DNA of 64,000 bases from Vulcanimicrobiota bacterium (GCA_963820825.1 CAWGBN010000007.1:64001-128000), one strand, 5' to 3'. Numbered from the stretch's first letter, positions 1 to 9,008 are shown. The notes: generated by a model from the letters alone, not told the origin. A program made the numbers and translations.

Positions 1-1888
1 CGCGCGTATCTTCGTCGGAGTGCAGAATCATCACCGGCGTATGGATTCCCTCAACGTACGTCAGCGGTGAGAACTTCGCGTAATCGGTGCTGGCCGGATC
101 CCACGGCGGCCCCCACGTATAGTAGCCGCCGCCCAAGCCGTTCTTGCCTGCGAAGTCGGCCGCGAGATTCTCACTCTGAAGATTGCTCACCGCACGCTCG
201 GCAACCGCGACCTTATAGCGGTCGGTGTGCGCGATCACCCATAGTGTGGCGTATCCGCCGTACGAGCCGCCGAGAACGCCCATGTGCGTGGCGTCGACGT
301 CGGGGCGGCGAACGGCGGCGTTCATCACGGCCTGCACGTCTTGGAACATCGCGTCGCCGTAGTTGCTCTCCAGCGCCTCTTCAAACGCGTACCCGTGGCC
401 CGTGCTTCCCGCCGGATCGGAGAAGACGACGTTATACCCCATCGACGTATAGAGTTGAAACTCCGCAAAGAACGTATCGCCGAACTGCGTCTCCGGTCCG
501 CCGTGAATGTCGAGCAGCGTCGGATGCTTCGCACCCGGCGCGCCGGTCGTCGCCGGCATGAACCAGGCCTGCACGGTAAATCCCGCGGGGTCCTTGACGT
601 CGAACTCCTGCGGCTGGGAGAGGGTCACCGAAGCGAGATAGGCGCCGTTGACGTTGGTGAGCCGGCGCGGCGCGCCGCCCGCAACGTTTGCAACGAAGAC
701 GTCGGCGGGATGCGCGAAATCGCTATAGAGATAGGCGACGCGGCTTCCATCGGTCGAAACGCTGCACGACCAGGCCTCGCCGTTAGGCGGGGTGACGTCG
801 GTAAACGTGCCGTTGGTGAGGTCGAGCGTCCGCAGATTTGCATAACCAGGCCCGTCGACGTTGAGCAGCGCGCGGTCGGCCCCGGGCAACGGCGCCCCGC
901 AGAGTCCGCCGCCCTCTTTCATGTCGGCGAGCAGCGAATCGCCCCAGCCGACCGTATTCTTCGTCACGACAATGCGCCGGTCGGAACCGTCGAGGTTCGC
1001 GACGACGAGCGCCGGCTGCCCCGCCGAGTCTTTGACGTCGGCGCTCAAAAAGTAGACGTGGCGATTGTCGTTGCCGATAAAGAACCCAAAGTTTGCGGGA
1101 AGCGGCGAGTCGACTTTCTGCATTGCGCCGCCCGTCGACGGCACGGTGTAGACGTCGTTCGTTCCGCTATCGACCGATTCGAAGCGCAGGGAGTCGAAGA
1201 GAATCGTCTTATCGTCGGGCGACCACGCATCGAACCCTTCGGAGTATTGACCCGAGGTGAGTTGCTTGGGATTCGAACCATCGGCAGCGACCGTCCAGAT
1301 ATGCTGATGGTCGCGGTAGGTGTAGCCTGCTCCGTTTACCTGGAAGAAGAGCTGGTTGATGATATTGATGTCGCTCTTCTTCTGCGCATCCTTCGGCGTG
1401 AAGCCGGCCTTGGCAAAATCAATCTGCGCCGCCGGCATTGGATCGGTCTCGGTTACCGTGAGCGCGATGCGGTCGCCGGCGTGGGAGACCACCGGTCCCG
1501 AGACGCCCTGCTTCATATGCGTCAGTTGGACGATCGCGCCGGTGCCCAGCGTGTACCGATAGAGTTGCGGCTTCTGCTTCTCCACCCTACGGACGAAGAC
1601 GAAGCTCCGCCCGTCGAGCATCCATGCGTAGTCGCCGTCGCCGACGTGCTTGGTGACGTTCTCGGTGAGCTTTCCCGTCGATACGTCGACGAGGTCGATC
1701 GTGCGATCGTAAGTATCCTTCGGACCGTTCATCCGCGAGGATTGCACCAGCACGTGAGTGCCGTCGGGCGAGATGCTCGTCGCGCTCAAGAGCGTAAGCT
1801 TGTAGAGATCTTCGGGGGCGACCGGCGCCGCCGCGACGGCTATCGGGGAGAACGCCAGGAGGATCGTTGCAAGAAACACATTTCGCAT
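1..1888 (-). CDS. S9 family (prolyl oligopeptidase/acylaminoacyl-peptidase-like) peptidase with signal peptide; 3' end runs off the window
   Basis: Manual translation from ATG at 1888 (MRNVFLATILLAFSPIAVAA...) gives PD40-like SPDG repeats, an in-frame GGSYGG nucleophile motif near 250-270 and TPVMILHSDEDTR near the window start. Absent from the ORF track because no stop codon lies in the window. Confidence 0.9.
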   Translation of the reverse strand, partial: MRNVFLATILLAFSPIAVAAAPVAPEDLYKLTLLSATSISPDGTHVLVQSSRMNGPKDTYDRTIDLVDVSTGKLTENVTKHVGDGDYAWMLDGRSFVFVRRVEKQKPQLYRYTLGTGAIVQLTHMKQGVSGPVVSHAGDRIALTVTETDPMPAAQIDFAKAGFTPKDAQKKSDINIINQLFFQVNGAGYTYRDHQHIWTVAADGSNPKQLTSGQYSEGFDAWSPDDKTILFDSLRFESVDSGTNDVYTVPSTGGAMQKVDSPLPANFGFFIGNDNRHVYFLSADVKDSAGQPALVVANLDGSDRRIVVTKNTVGWGDSLLADMKEGGGLCGAPLPGADRALLNVDGPGYANLRTLDLTNGTFTDVTPPNGEAWSCSVSTDGSRVAYLYSDFAHPADVFVANVAGGAPRRLTNVNGAYLASVTLSQPQEFDVKDPAGFTVQAWFMPATTGAPGAKHPTLLDIHGGPETQFGDTFFAEFQLYTSMGYNVVFSDPAGSTGHGYAFEEALESNYGDAMFQDVQAVMNAAVRRPDVDATHMGVLGGSYGGYATLWVIAHTDRYKVAVAERAVSNLQSENLAADFAGKNGLGGGYYTWGPPWDPASTDYAKFSPLTYVEGIHTPVMILHSDEDTR

Positions 1889-4005
1889 CACGTGCCTTTT
1901 TGCGCCCCGGCGTAGAAGATTACCTTGAAGATCGCTTGCGGCACGGTGGTCAGCGCGTTGGGGTTGCCGTAGGCGATATAGATCTCGCTGCGGCGCAGGC
2001 GCAAGTGATAGGCGATCGAGACGTTAGAGCACTCCCCTTCGCAGTTACCGCCGCCGTTGGGAATCGGCGGATAGCCCACCACCCGCCGCAGGCCGATCGC
2101 GAACGACGAGTTCGGCCCGAGCTGGTATGCATAGCTGAGACTCTCGAACCATTGGATGTTGTCGGAGGCCGGCGAGGGTTGCCACTGCGCGGTGTCGTCG
2201 AGCGAGAGCGTCAGCGCGCCGTGATTGCCGACCCGGATCGTCGTAGAGCGGAACCACGTATCGAGCCGGCCCGCGCCGTATCGGCCGGTGTTGTACGAGA
2301 TGCTCGTCGGATACGAGGACGGACCGTGATACGGAAACTGTCCGGGATTATTCGTCTGCAGCCCGCTGTTGTAGGTGAACTGAAAGCCCCCGTTCTGCGT
2401 GATCGGCGTCAGCAGATCGCCGAACCGCCAGTAGTTCGAGCCGGAGTAAAACTGCAGATCGAGCGCCTTCTTCGTAAGCACGTCGAGGACGAGCTGGTTA
2501 TCGCTCTGCGCCTGGCCGAATTCCGGCCCTTGATACCGGTCGAGGAAGCCGGCCAGACCCACCGAGACCAGCTTAGCGCTCGGACTAAAATCGAAGATCT
2601 TGGCCGCATAGAGTGCGTAGCCGGCGATGCCCGGGTGCGAGATGAAGCCGTCGGTCGGGTTATAGTATTCGCCGAGCTTGCGCGTCGCGCCGAAGAAGCC
2701 GAAGGTTTGATTCGCCCAACCGGCCCCAACTTCGTAGTACTGCGCCTGGTCGGGCACGAGCGCGTTCGTCCCCGAGTCGTTGCCGTAGTTCGCGTACGCG
2801 CTGAAGTGCTTGAGATCCGAGTATGCGATCCCGCCCTCCGTCGTCGTGTCTATGAATCCCGGCATCGTCACCGAGACGCGTTGCAGACTCGTGAACCAGC
2901 TCGTGTTCGCTGAGGTAAAGTTGAGCGCGCTCGCGAGGTCGTTGCGGTTATCGCCGACCGAGTCGAAGGTTGCAAAGCCGAGCGGGCCCTGTTTGCCCTC
3001 GACGGCGTACCCCTGCGAGGGCGTCGGAATCGCCGGGGTATAGAGCGATTGGATGTTCTGACAGGCGTCGCAGTTGAACTGATTGTAGAAGCTCGCGGCC
3101 TGCGTAAAGAAGGGCCGCACTTCGCTATAATACCGCTGGTAGACCGTCGGCGCGATCGTTTGCTGATCGAGTTCGACGTTGGAGTAATCCGGATGAAAGG
3201 TCGAGTAGAACGACGCCGTCGGGGTGATCGGAATCGAGAGATCGGCCCCGACGCGTGAGGTCGAGCCGCCGATCGTCTGGCTCGCCGCTTCGCCGAGGGC
3301 ATAAATCGCGGCGCGCGGTTTGGGGCGCGAGAACCCGACTTTGATCTGCGGAAGCGTGATGCTGCCCGCGTGCGCGTAATCGGAGTTGCCGAAACTGTCG
3401 GGCTGCATTTGAATTTTGTCGAACGACCAGACCTGCTGCTCGCCCGTAGCGCGTACGTAGCGCACGAACTGCGCCTTCCAAGTGCCGCCGTGCGCGTTGC
3501 GGATAACGTCGAGCGGTATCCGCATCGTGACCGTGTAACCGTCGCCGTGCGTTATGCCCTGCGAGTCCCAATTCGGCGAATAGCCGGTATTCTCCGACGA
3601 GTACTCGTAGTGCGTTCCGTTCGGCGTCGAATAGAACTGATAGAAGTAGCCGCTGATGCCGTTGGGCCAGAGGTCGACCCAGACCGCGTCGTCGCTTCCT
3701 TGACCGACGTCGTTAGTGTGCTGCGCGGCCGAGATCTGCTCGCGCTGCTTGGCATCGAAGCGCAGGTAGAGCGAGTGCCCGTCGGTCCCGATCCAGGCCG
3801 TCGTCGGTTCGCTCGCCGGACGGGAACGGAAGGCATCCCAGGTTAGCTGCAGGTTCGCCGCGTGCGACCACTCGGTCACCGGCGCGTTGGGATCGAGCGG
3901 GGGATCGGCCGCGTCGGGGACTGCGACCTGGGGATAGGCGAGCGCCGCTACGGTCGTCATCGCGATAACCGCCGCGGCGCCGATCGCCGCGAGCCGGCCG
4001 TTCAT
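1888..4005 (-). CDS. Secreted hypothetical protein; N-terminal CBM9/DOMON-like domain and a DUF5916-like, probably outer-membrane beta-barrel C-terminal region
   Basis: Start MNGRLAAIG overlaps the upstream stop (TAATG). Has a signal peptide, GYTVTMRIPL and HPDYSNVELD...YSEVRPFF motifs resembling DUF5916 proteins, and an aromatic/alternating beta-strand-rich C-terminus. Confidence 0.65.
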   Translation of the reverse strand: MNGRLAAIGAAAVIAMTTVAALAYPQVAVPDAADPPLDPNAPVTEWSHAANLQLTWDAFRSRPASEPTTAWIGTDGHSLYLRFDAKQREQISAAQHTNDVGQGSDDAVWVDLWPNGISGYFYQFYSTPNGTHYEYSSENTGYSPNWDSQGITHGDGYTVTMRIPLDVIRNAHGGTWKAQFVRYVRATGEQQVWSFDKIQMQPDSFGNSDYAHAGSITLPQIKVGFSRPKPRAAIYALGEAASQTIGGSTSRVGADLSIPITPTASFYSTFHPDYSNVELDQQTIAPTVYQRYYSEVRPFFTQAASFYNQFNCDACQNIQSLYTPAIPTPSQGYAVEGKQGPLGFATFDSVGDNRNDLASALNFTSANTSWFTSLQRVSVTMPGFIDTTTEGGIAYSDLKHFSAYANYGNDSGTNALVPDQAQYYEVGAGWANQTFGFFGATRKLGEYYNPTDGFISHPGIAGYALYAAKIFDFSPSAKLVSVGLAGFLDRYQGPEFGQAQSDNQLVLDVLTKKALDLQFYSGSNYWRFGDLLTPITQNGGFQFTYNSGLQTNNPGQFPYHGPSSYPTSISYNTGRYGAGRLDTWFRSTTIRVGNHGALTLSLDDTAQWQPSPASDNIQWFESLSYAYQLGPNSSFAIGLRRVVGYPPIPNGGGNCEGECSNVSIAYHLRLRRSEIYIAYGNPNALTTVPQAIFKVIFYAGAQKGT

Positions 4006-4781
4006 TACAGAGTCGCTCCCTCGAGATTCGAGTTGCTGCCGCGCCGCAGCGTCGCCGCATCGACCGCTTTGCAGTTCTGCGGCTCGCGGCCGCCCCGGCA
4101 GACTAGCGCCCCGCGCAGATCCGCTCCGTGCAGATCGGCGTTGAGGAAATTGGCGCAATGGATTCCGTCGGTGGTATGGCTTTCGTTATCGATCACCACG
4201 TTGCCGTACGAGCAGAGCTGCGCGTTGCGAAAGTCCGCGTCGCGCAGATCGGCGCCGACAAAATCGACGCCTTGCACGTCCGCCCGCTCGAAGCGTACGC
4301 CGCGGGCGCTCGCATCGCGAAAATCGCTGCCGACGATCGAGACGCCCGAGAGATCGCGTCCCCGCAGGTCCGCGCCGCGCGCGTTGCAGCCGATGCATCG
4401 AGCGAAGAGCCCGCGCAGGTCGGCGTCGTCGAGCCCGGTCACCGCGTCGCTCAGGTTCGCGCCGGTGAGATTCGTCGACCCGAAGTGCGCGCCGTGAAGC
4501 TTCGCGCTGCGGAGGTCTACGCCGGTGAGGTTTGCATCGCGCAAATCCGCGCCGCGCAGATCCGCGCGGCTAAAGTCCACGCCGGTCAGATTGGCATTGC
4601 GGAGATTCGCGTTACGCAGATCCGATCGGGCGAAGTCTACGCCGACGTAGGCTCCGTGGGTGAGGTCGGCTCCGCGCAGATCGCGTCCGGCAAAGTCGCA
4701 TCCGGTGCAGTTTGCCGGCAGTCCCGGCCCGACGGCCAGGGTAAGTACGAGCGACATAAGCGAAGGTAAGCGGCCGTTCAT
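4005..4781 (-). CDS. Secreted pentapeptide-repeat protein
   Basis: GGAG RBS before ATG 4781, a hydrophobic N-terminus, many A(D/N)LxG-type pentapeptides and two CxGC caps (CTGCD, CIGCN). Confidence 0.9.
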   Translation of the reverse strand: MNGRLPSLMSLVLTLAVGPGLPANCTGCDFAGRDLRGADLTHGAYVGVDFARSDLRNANLRNANLTGVDFSRADLRGADLRDANLTGVDLRSAKLHGAHFGSTNLTGANLSDAVTGLDDADLRGLFARCIGCNARGADLRGRDLSGVSIVGSDFRDASARGVRFERADVQGVDFVGADLRDADFRNAQLCSYGNVVIDNESHTTDGIHCANFLNADLHGADLRGALVCRGGREPQNCKAVDAATLRRGSNSNLEGATL

Positions 4782-4893
4782 TGTCGTTCTCCACTTTGAA
4801 ATCGGCGATTGGGGTGCACGAAACCAGACCGGCAATCGCCAGGCGTTATTTTTGGGATAGGTCGGTCGGGCGCGCTATCGCGCCGAGCCTAGA

Positions 4894-7005
4894 TCAGGGG
4901 TGCGGCGAGTGGCCCTTCGAGAAGTCCATACCGATCATCTTGGTCCTCGAAAGATCGACGTGACTAAGGTCGACGCCGCTCAGGTCGCAACCGTTGAGCG
5001 TTGCGCCGACCAGATTTACTCCGTCCATTCTTGCATTACTGAAATCGGTGCCGACAAGTTCCGCTCCGGCGAAGTTGACGTTGCGCAGATCGGCCCCCGT
5101 GAAGTCGTCGCCGTTCGTGCGCACGCCGTGCAAGTCAAGCCCCGATAGGTCGGCCCGGCTGAAGTCGCAGCCCTTGCAGTGAGTCAGGACGTCTCGGGCC
5201 TGCGACGATCCGAGCCGGGCTCCCGTGAACTGACAACCCGAGAGCCACGCGCCGGTGAAATCGGCGCCGGTCAGGTTTGCGTTCGAGAAGTCGCAGCCGG
5301 TCAGGTGGGCGTTGCGGAATGACGCGCCGCTCAGATTCGCCTTGGTGAAGTCGGCGCCGTTGAAAGATCCGCCTGAAAAGTTCGCTCCGGTCAGGTTCGC
5401 CTTGGAGAAGTCGACGCCGGTGTAGTTGACGTCGCGCAGGTCCTTGCCGGCCCAGTTGACGCCGCTGTAGTCACAGCCGACGCAGGTCTTCACTTGCGCG
5501 AGGGTCGTCGCGGCGATGTGCCGCGCGAGCGCGGCCGTCGAGCGCGTCATCTCCTGCGCAAGCTTCGTCTCGCCGGCCGGAAGCGTAACGCTCATCTTCG
5601 GGACGTTCACGTCCGTGGCCGGAACATGCAGCGTCATGCCCGGGACGGTGACGTGCGTCGCCGGAACCTCGATCGTCCTCCGTTGCCGCGGCGGGCTTTG
5701 CGGCTGGGCAGGCGGATTCTGACTCCGCACAGGCGGACTCTGACTCTGCGCAGCGGTTTGCGTGCGCCGGACGACCTCGATGCGCATGGCAGCCGCGCTG
5801 TGCGCTGCGGCCGAGGCCGCGACGTGCGGTGCGAGCGACGCGGCGACGCGCGGCGCGGCCGGCGTGGCGACCTGAGGGGCGGTGGCCGGCGCCGCCGCCG
5901 TGGCGATTACCGGACCCGCCACCGACGGCGCGACCGCGGCGATCGCAAGCGCGATTGATCCGACGATCGCTACCGCGGCGGCAGCCGGCCCGAGCGAGAG
6001 ATTGGTCGCAATGTTGCGGCCCGCGCCGAGCAGCCGTTCGATGCGCAGCGAGATGTGCTTTCGCGTCGCGAAGACGCCGGGGGCGGGGATCGGGTTGCGC
6101 GGCCACGACGCATTCTCCGCCATCTTGGTGAGGCAGAGCGCGTACGGCCGAACGGTGCCGATGAACGAGAGCACCCAATCGTCGCAAGCGACCTCGCGTT
6201 CGAGATCGAGTTGCTGTCCGGCAAAGAGCGCGGCGGGATTCCAGCCGAGCAACGCGCTGATCAGCCGCTGCAAGCCGTTCGTCCAATCGTCGGCACGGCG
6301 CAGATGCGCGAGCTCGTGCAGGCAGATCTGATCCACCTCCGGCTCGGAGAGCCGGTCGAGCAGCGAATGCGGGATGAGGATCATCGCATCGAAGAGCCCG
6401 ACGGCGATCGGAACGTCGGTCGCGTCGCTGACGCAGAGCCGAACGTCCCGTGCGCCTTTATTCGCCCGCAGCCATTGCGGCATCGCGTCGCGATACTCGA
6501 CCGGTAGCGGAAGCGCGTCGCGTTTGAGCTGCTCGAGGCGAATCAAGCCGACCGCGAGACGAACGATCGCGTAACCGGCAAATCCCAGCCACAGCAGAAA
6601 GACGGCGACCGAAACTGCGGTCGGAATCGTCACCCGCGCGCGTTCGGGAAGACGTACCGGTTCGGGTTGCGCGCCGGCCGGCGTCGTCGTCCTTTGGAGC
6701 GGCGCCGGGAGCTCCGTATGCTTTACGGGTTCGTGCGAGACGGTCGCCGTTTGACGAATCGTCGCGAGCGTCGTGACGACCTGCGCCGGCGCAAAGAACG
6801 CAAGCGTCGTCGCCACCGGCACGACGAAGGCCGCGATCAGCGTCGCGCTCCAAACCGCGTACCGGGTTGCCGCGTTGATGCGCGGCCACGCGCGCAGCAG
6901 CAGCCAGACGCAGAGAACGAGCAGTGCGTCCTGCCAGAGCGCGTTTAGCACGATTGCCGAAAGCGCGCTCGCGACGGTTAGGAATCCTTGCTCTAGTCCG
7001 TTCAC
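4894..7005 (-). CDS. BlaR1/MecR1-like M56 metallopeptidase with Pro/Ala-rich linker and C-terminal pentapeptide-repeat domain
   Basis: N-terminal TM segments, HELAHLRRADDW zinc motif, EREVACDD and RIERLL typical of M56, then pentapeptide repeats with CVGCD and CKGCD caps. Overlaps the blaI-like stop (GTGA). Confidence 0.92.
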   Translation of the reverse strand: MNGLEQGFLTVASALSAIVLNALWQDALLVLCVWLLLRAWPRINAATRYAVWSATLIAAFVVPVATTLAFFAPAQVVTTLATIRQTATVSHEPVKHTELPAPLQRTTTPAGAQPEPVRLPERARVTIPTAVSVAVFLLWLGFAGYAIVRLAVGLIRLEQLKRDALPLPVEYRDAMPQWLRANKGARDVRLCVSDATDVPIAVGLFDAMILIPHSLLDRLSEPEVDQICLHELAHLRRADDWTNGLQRLISALLGWNPAALFAGQQLDLEREVACDDWVLSFIGTVRPYALCLTKMAENASWPRNPIPAPGVFATRKHISLRIERLLGAGRNIATNLSLGPAAAAVAIVGSIALAIAAVAPSVAGPVIATAAAPATAPQVATPAAPRVAASLAPHVAASAAAHSAAAMRIEVVRRTQTAAQSQSPPVRSQNPPAQPQSPPRQRRTIEVPATHVTVPGMTLHVPATDVNVPKMSVTLPAGETKLAQEMTRSTAALARHIAATTLAQVKTCVGCDYSGVNWAGKDLRDVNYTGVDFSKANLTGANFSGGSFNGADFTKANLSGASFRNAHLTGCDFSNANLTGADFTGAWLSGCQFTGARLGSSQARDVLTHCKGCDFSRADLSGLDLHGVRTNGDDFTGADLRNVNFAGAELVGTDFSNARMDGVNLVGATLNGCDLSGVDLSHVDLSRTKMIGMDFSKGHSPHP

Positions 7006-7388
7006 TCTCCCGGCTCCTCATACTCGGCGATCAGCGCCCGCAGGCGAAGCAGCTCCTCGTTCGAGGGTCGCTCCGTCTCGATCAAGCGTAGCGCAAGTGC
7101 GCCTGCGCTGTTGTCAAAGAATCTTGAAAGCAGATGTCCGACGGCGTGTCCGGCCGCCTCCTCCCGCGCGACGAGCGTGCGGTAGACGTACGCTCGCCCG
7201 GCCTCCACGTGGTCGACGTACCCCTTGCGCTCGAGGATCCGCATCGTCGTGAGCACGCTATTGTAGGCGAGCGGTGGAGGGGGTAACGCGGCCGTCACGT
7301 CCGCGACGGTCGCCTCGCCCTTCTCCCAGAGTACTTCCATCAGCCGAAGCTCGGCTTCCGTGAGCGTGACGGAACGGCGTCGCGCCAT
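7002..7388 (-). CDS. BlaI/MecI/CopY family transcriptional repressor
   Basis: LTEAELRLMEVLW...LAYNSVLTTMRILERKGYV...GRAYVY signature. Confidence 0.93.
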   Translation of the reverse strand: MARRRSVTLTEAELRLMEVLWEKGEATVADVTAALPPPPLAYNSVLTTMRILERKGYVDHVEAGRAYVYRTLVAREEAAGHAVGHLLSRFFDNSAGALALRLIETERPSNEELLRLRALIAEYEEPGE

Positions 7389-7389
7389 C

Positions 7390-7515
7390 CTATCGCCCCA
7401 GATCCGGGCCCCAGCCCTGGAAGATGCGGCTGGAGCCGTGCGCGTCGGGCAACCGGACCCGCGTACGGGCGGTCACGGGGAGCTCTTCGGTCGTGGGGTC
7501 GGGCTTGCGGGTCAT
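7390..7515 (-). CDS. Putative 41-aa small protein, first gene of the blaI-like operon
   Basis: GGAGG RBS 5 nt before ATG 7515. Translates MTRKPDPTTEELPVTARTRVRLPDAHGSSRIFQGWGPDLGR and stops 1 nt before the blaI-like ATG. Confidence 0.55.
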   Translation of the reverse strand: MTRKPDPTTEELPVTARTRVRLPDAHGSSRIFQGWGPDLGR

Positions 7516-7534
7516 CTCTGCCTCCATTGGGTCT

Positions 7535-7593
7535 ACTAACGATTTAGTTGCATCATATCCGGCCGCGGCGGCTTTGTCAACTAAGTATTTAGG
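7535..7593 (-). promoter_or_regulatory. Sigma70-type promoter (TTGACA-17-TATGAT) flanked by two palindromic operators ACTAA-N4-TTAGT, putative BlaI-family sites
   Basis: Minus strand: -35 TTGACA 7580-7575, -10 TATGAT 7557-7552, 17-nt spacer. Operators at 7535-7548 (ACTAAcgatTTAGT) and 7580-7593 (ACTAAgtatTTAGG). Confidence 0.8.
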
Positions 7594-7705
7594 ATTAAAA
7601 GAGCCCCGGAGACTGCCCCCACGCGGCGAGCCGTTGGGGGAATGCCGAAAGTGGCTGCCAATAAGGAGGCTGACTCAATCGCCCCACGCACCCAAGGAGA
7701 AGAGT

Positions 7706-8740
7706 TTGTTGAAAACGGCGCGCCTGGCGCTCCTATTTCTGACCGGCGGCCTGTTGGCCGCGTGCGGCAAAGGAACGCCGATCACCAGCGGCACGCCGAC
7801 GCCCTCCCCCACGATTCCGCCGCAAGTCACCGCTCAGTACAAAATTCCGACCGCGTCGAGCGAACCGCTCGGCATTGCGCTGGGAAGCGACGGCAATATT
7901 TGGGTGACCGAATTCGCATCGAGTAAGATGGCGCGGCTCGGCACGGCGGGTAAATTCGCCGAGAGCGTCACGCCCACACGCAAGGCCGGCCCCAACGGCG
8001 TCGCTTCAGGCCCCGGGCCGAACCTCAACGTCTGGTTCACCGAAACCAACGTCGGCCGCGTCGCGCAAGTTACGATTGCGGGACCGCCCTACTCGGAGTA
8101 CACGCTACCCGATTCCGCGGCGAAGCCGGTCGGCATCGCGCTCGGATCGGATGGGAACATGTGGGTTACCGACCCCGGTACGAACTCGGTCTGGCGCGTC
8201 GAGCAGATTCGCGCGAAGCCCCACGTGCACTTTACGCAGTACCACCTCACCGGCAACGCGCAACCGATGGTGATCACCAACGGTCCCGATGGCGCGCTCT
8301 GGTTTACCGAACCCGGAACGGACAGCATCGGTCGTCTCAGCACCAACGGCCGCACGCTCAGCGAGTATCCGCTCACGACGAAGAACGCCTATCCGATGGG
8401 CATCGCCTCGGGAACCGATAACGGGCTCTGGTTCGTCGAACAGAAGGGGCTCCAGATCGGCCGCATGTCGATCACCGGAGCCGTTACCGCCGAGTATCCG
8501 CTCAACGGAGCGATGCAGCCCGATGCGATCGTGCAGGGCATCGACGGGAACTTCTACTTCACCGATACCGCCAAGAATAAGATCGGGCAGTTCTTCTTCA
8601 AAACGCATCGCGTGAATTTCTACTCCATTCCCACGGCAGACTCCGAACCGACGGCGATGACGATCGGATTGGACGGGCAGGTCTATTTCGTCGAGACGGC
8701 CGGCAATAAGGTGGGTCAGTTCCGCTACTTCAACGTGTAG
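7706..8740 (+). CDS. Vgb-like (virginiamycin B lyase fold) beta-propeller lipoprotein
   Basis: AAGGAG RBS with TTG start, lipobox LLAAC, and repeated PxGIxxGxDGxxWFTE blades. Confidence 0.85.
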   Translation: MLKTARLALLFLTGGLLAACGKGTPITSGTPTPSPTIPPQVTAQYKIPTASSEPLGIALGSDGNIWVTEFASSKMARLGTAGKFAESVTPTRKAGPNGVASGPGPNLNVWFTETNVGRVAQVTIAGPPYSEYTLPDSAAKPVGIALGSDGNMWVTDPGTNSVWRVEQIRAKPHVHFTQYHLTGNAQPMVITNGPDGALWFTEPGTDSIGRLSTNGRTLSEYPLTTKNAYPMGIASGTDNGLWFVEQKGLQIGRMSITGAVTAEYPLNGAMQPDAIVQGIDGNFYFTDTAKNKIGQFFFKTHRVNFYSIPTADSEPTAMTIGLDGQVYFVETAGNKVGQFRYFNV

Positions 8741-9008
8741 GCCGCTCCGCGCCGGCATCGCTCGGCTGCAGCTCGGCCAGCACGCGAACCTCCGCCGCGC
8801 TACCGATCAAAAAATAGCGCGTTCCGACTCGAACGAGATGGATCGCGGCCTGGGTGGATAGCGCCGTCGTCTCCAGCAGTTTCAGGCAACGGCCGGCGCC
8901 GAACGGGCGCACCGTCTTAAGCCGGCGAGCGACGGCGTAGGCGATCGTCAGCAAGAGCCCGACTACCGCCAGCTTCGCAACGTAGGCCGCCCAAAAGCCC
9001 GCGGGCAT
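8730..9008 (-). CDS. fliO: Flagellar biosynthesis protein FliO-like
   Basis: Single TM followed by LKLLETTALSTQAAIHLVRVGTRYFLIG...VRVLAEL, a FliO-type pattern; next to flbD and fliJ. Confidence 0.7.
   Translation of the reverse strand: MPAGFWAAYVAKLAVVGLLLTIAYAVARRLKTVRPFGAGRCLKLLETTALSTQAAIHLVRVGTRYFLIGSAAEVRVLAELQPSDAGAERPTR

Noticed and set aside
284..1915. Long plus-strand ORFs antisense to real genes (also 23178-24542 on minus, 27626-29152, 33664-35862, 56944-58542)
   Set aside because: Shadow ORFs expected in high-GC DNA; they have no recognisable motifs, while the opposite strand has clear family signatures.
4005..4781. Qnr/MfpA-type quinolone resistance protein
   Set aside because: It has a signal-like N-terminus and Cys caps, whereas gyrase-protecting pentapeptide proteins are cytoplasmic.
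3995..4781. Identical MNGRL starts of two adjacent genes
   Set aside because: Only 11 identical bases with no further similarity; plausibly chance.
7706..8740. Bona fide streptogramin resistance gene vgb
   Set aside because: Only the fold repeat is evident; it is a lipoprotein and catalytic residues cannot be confirmed by eye.
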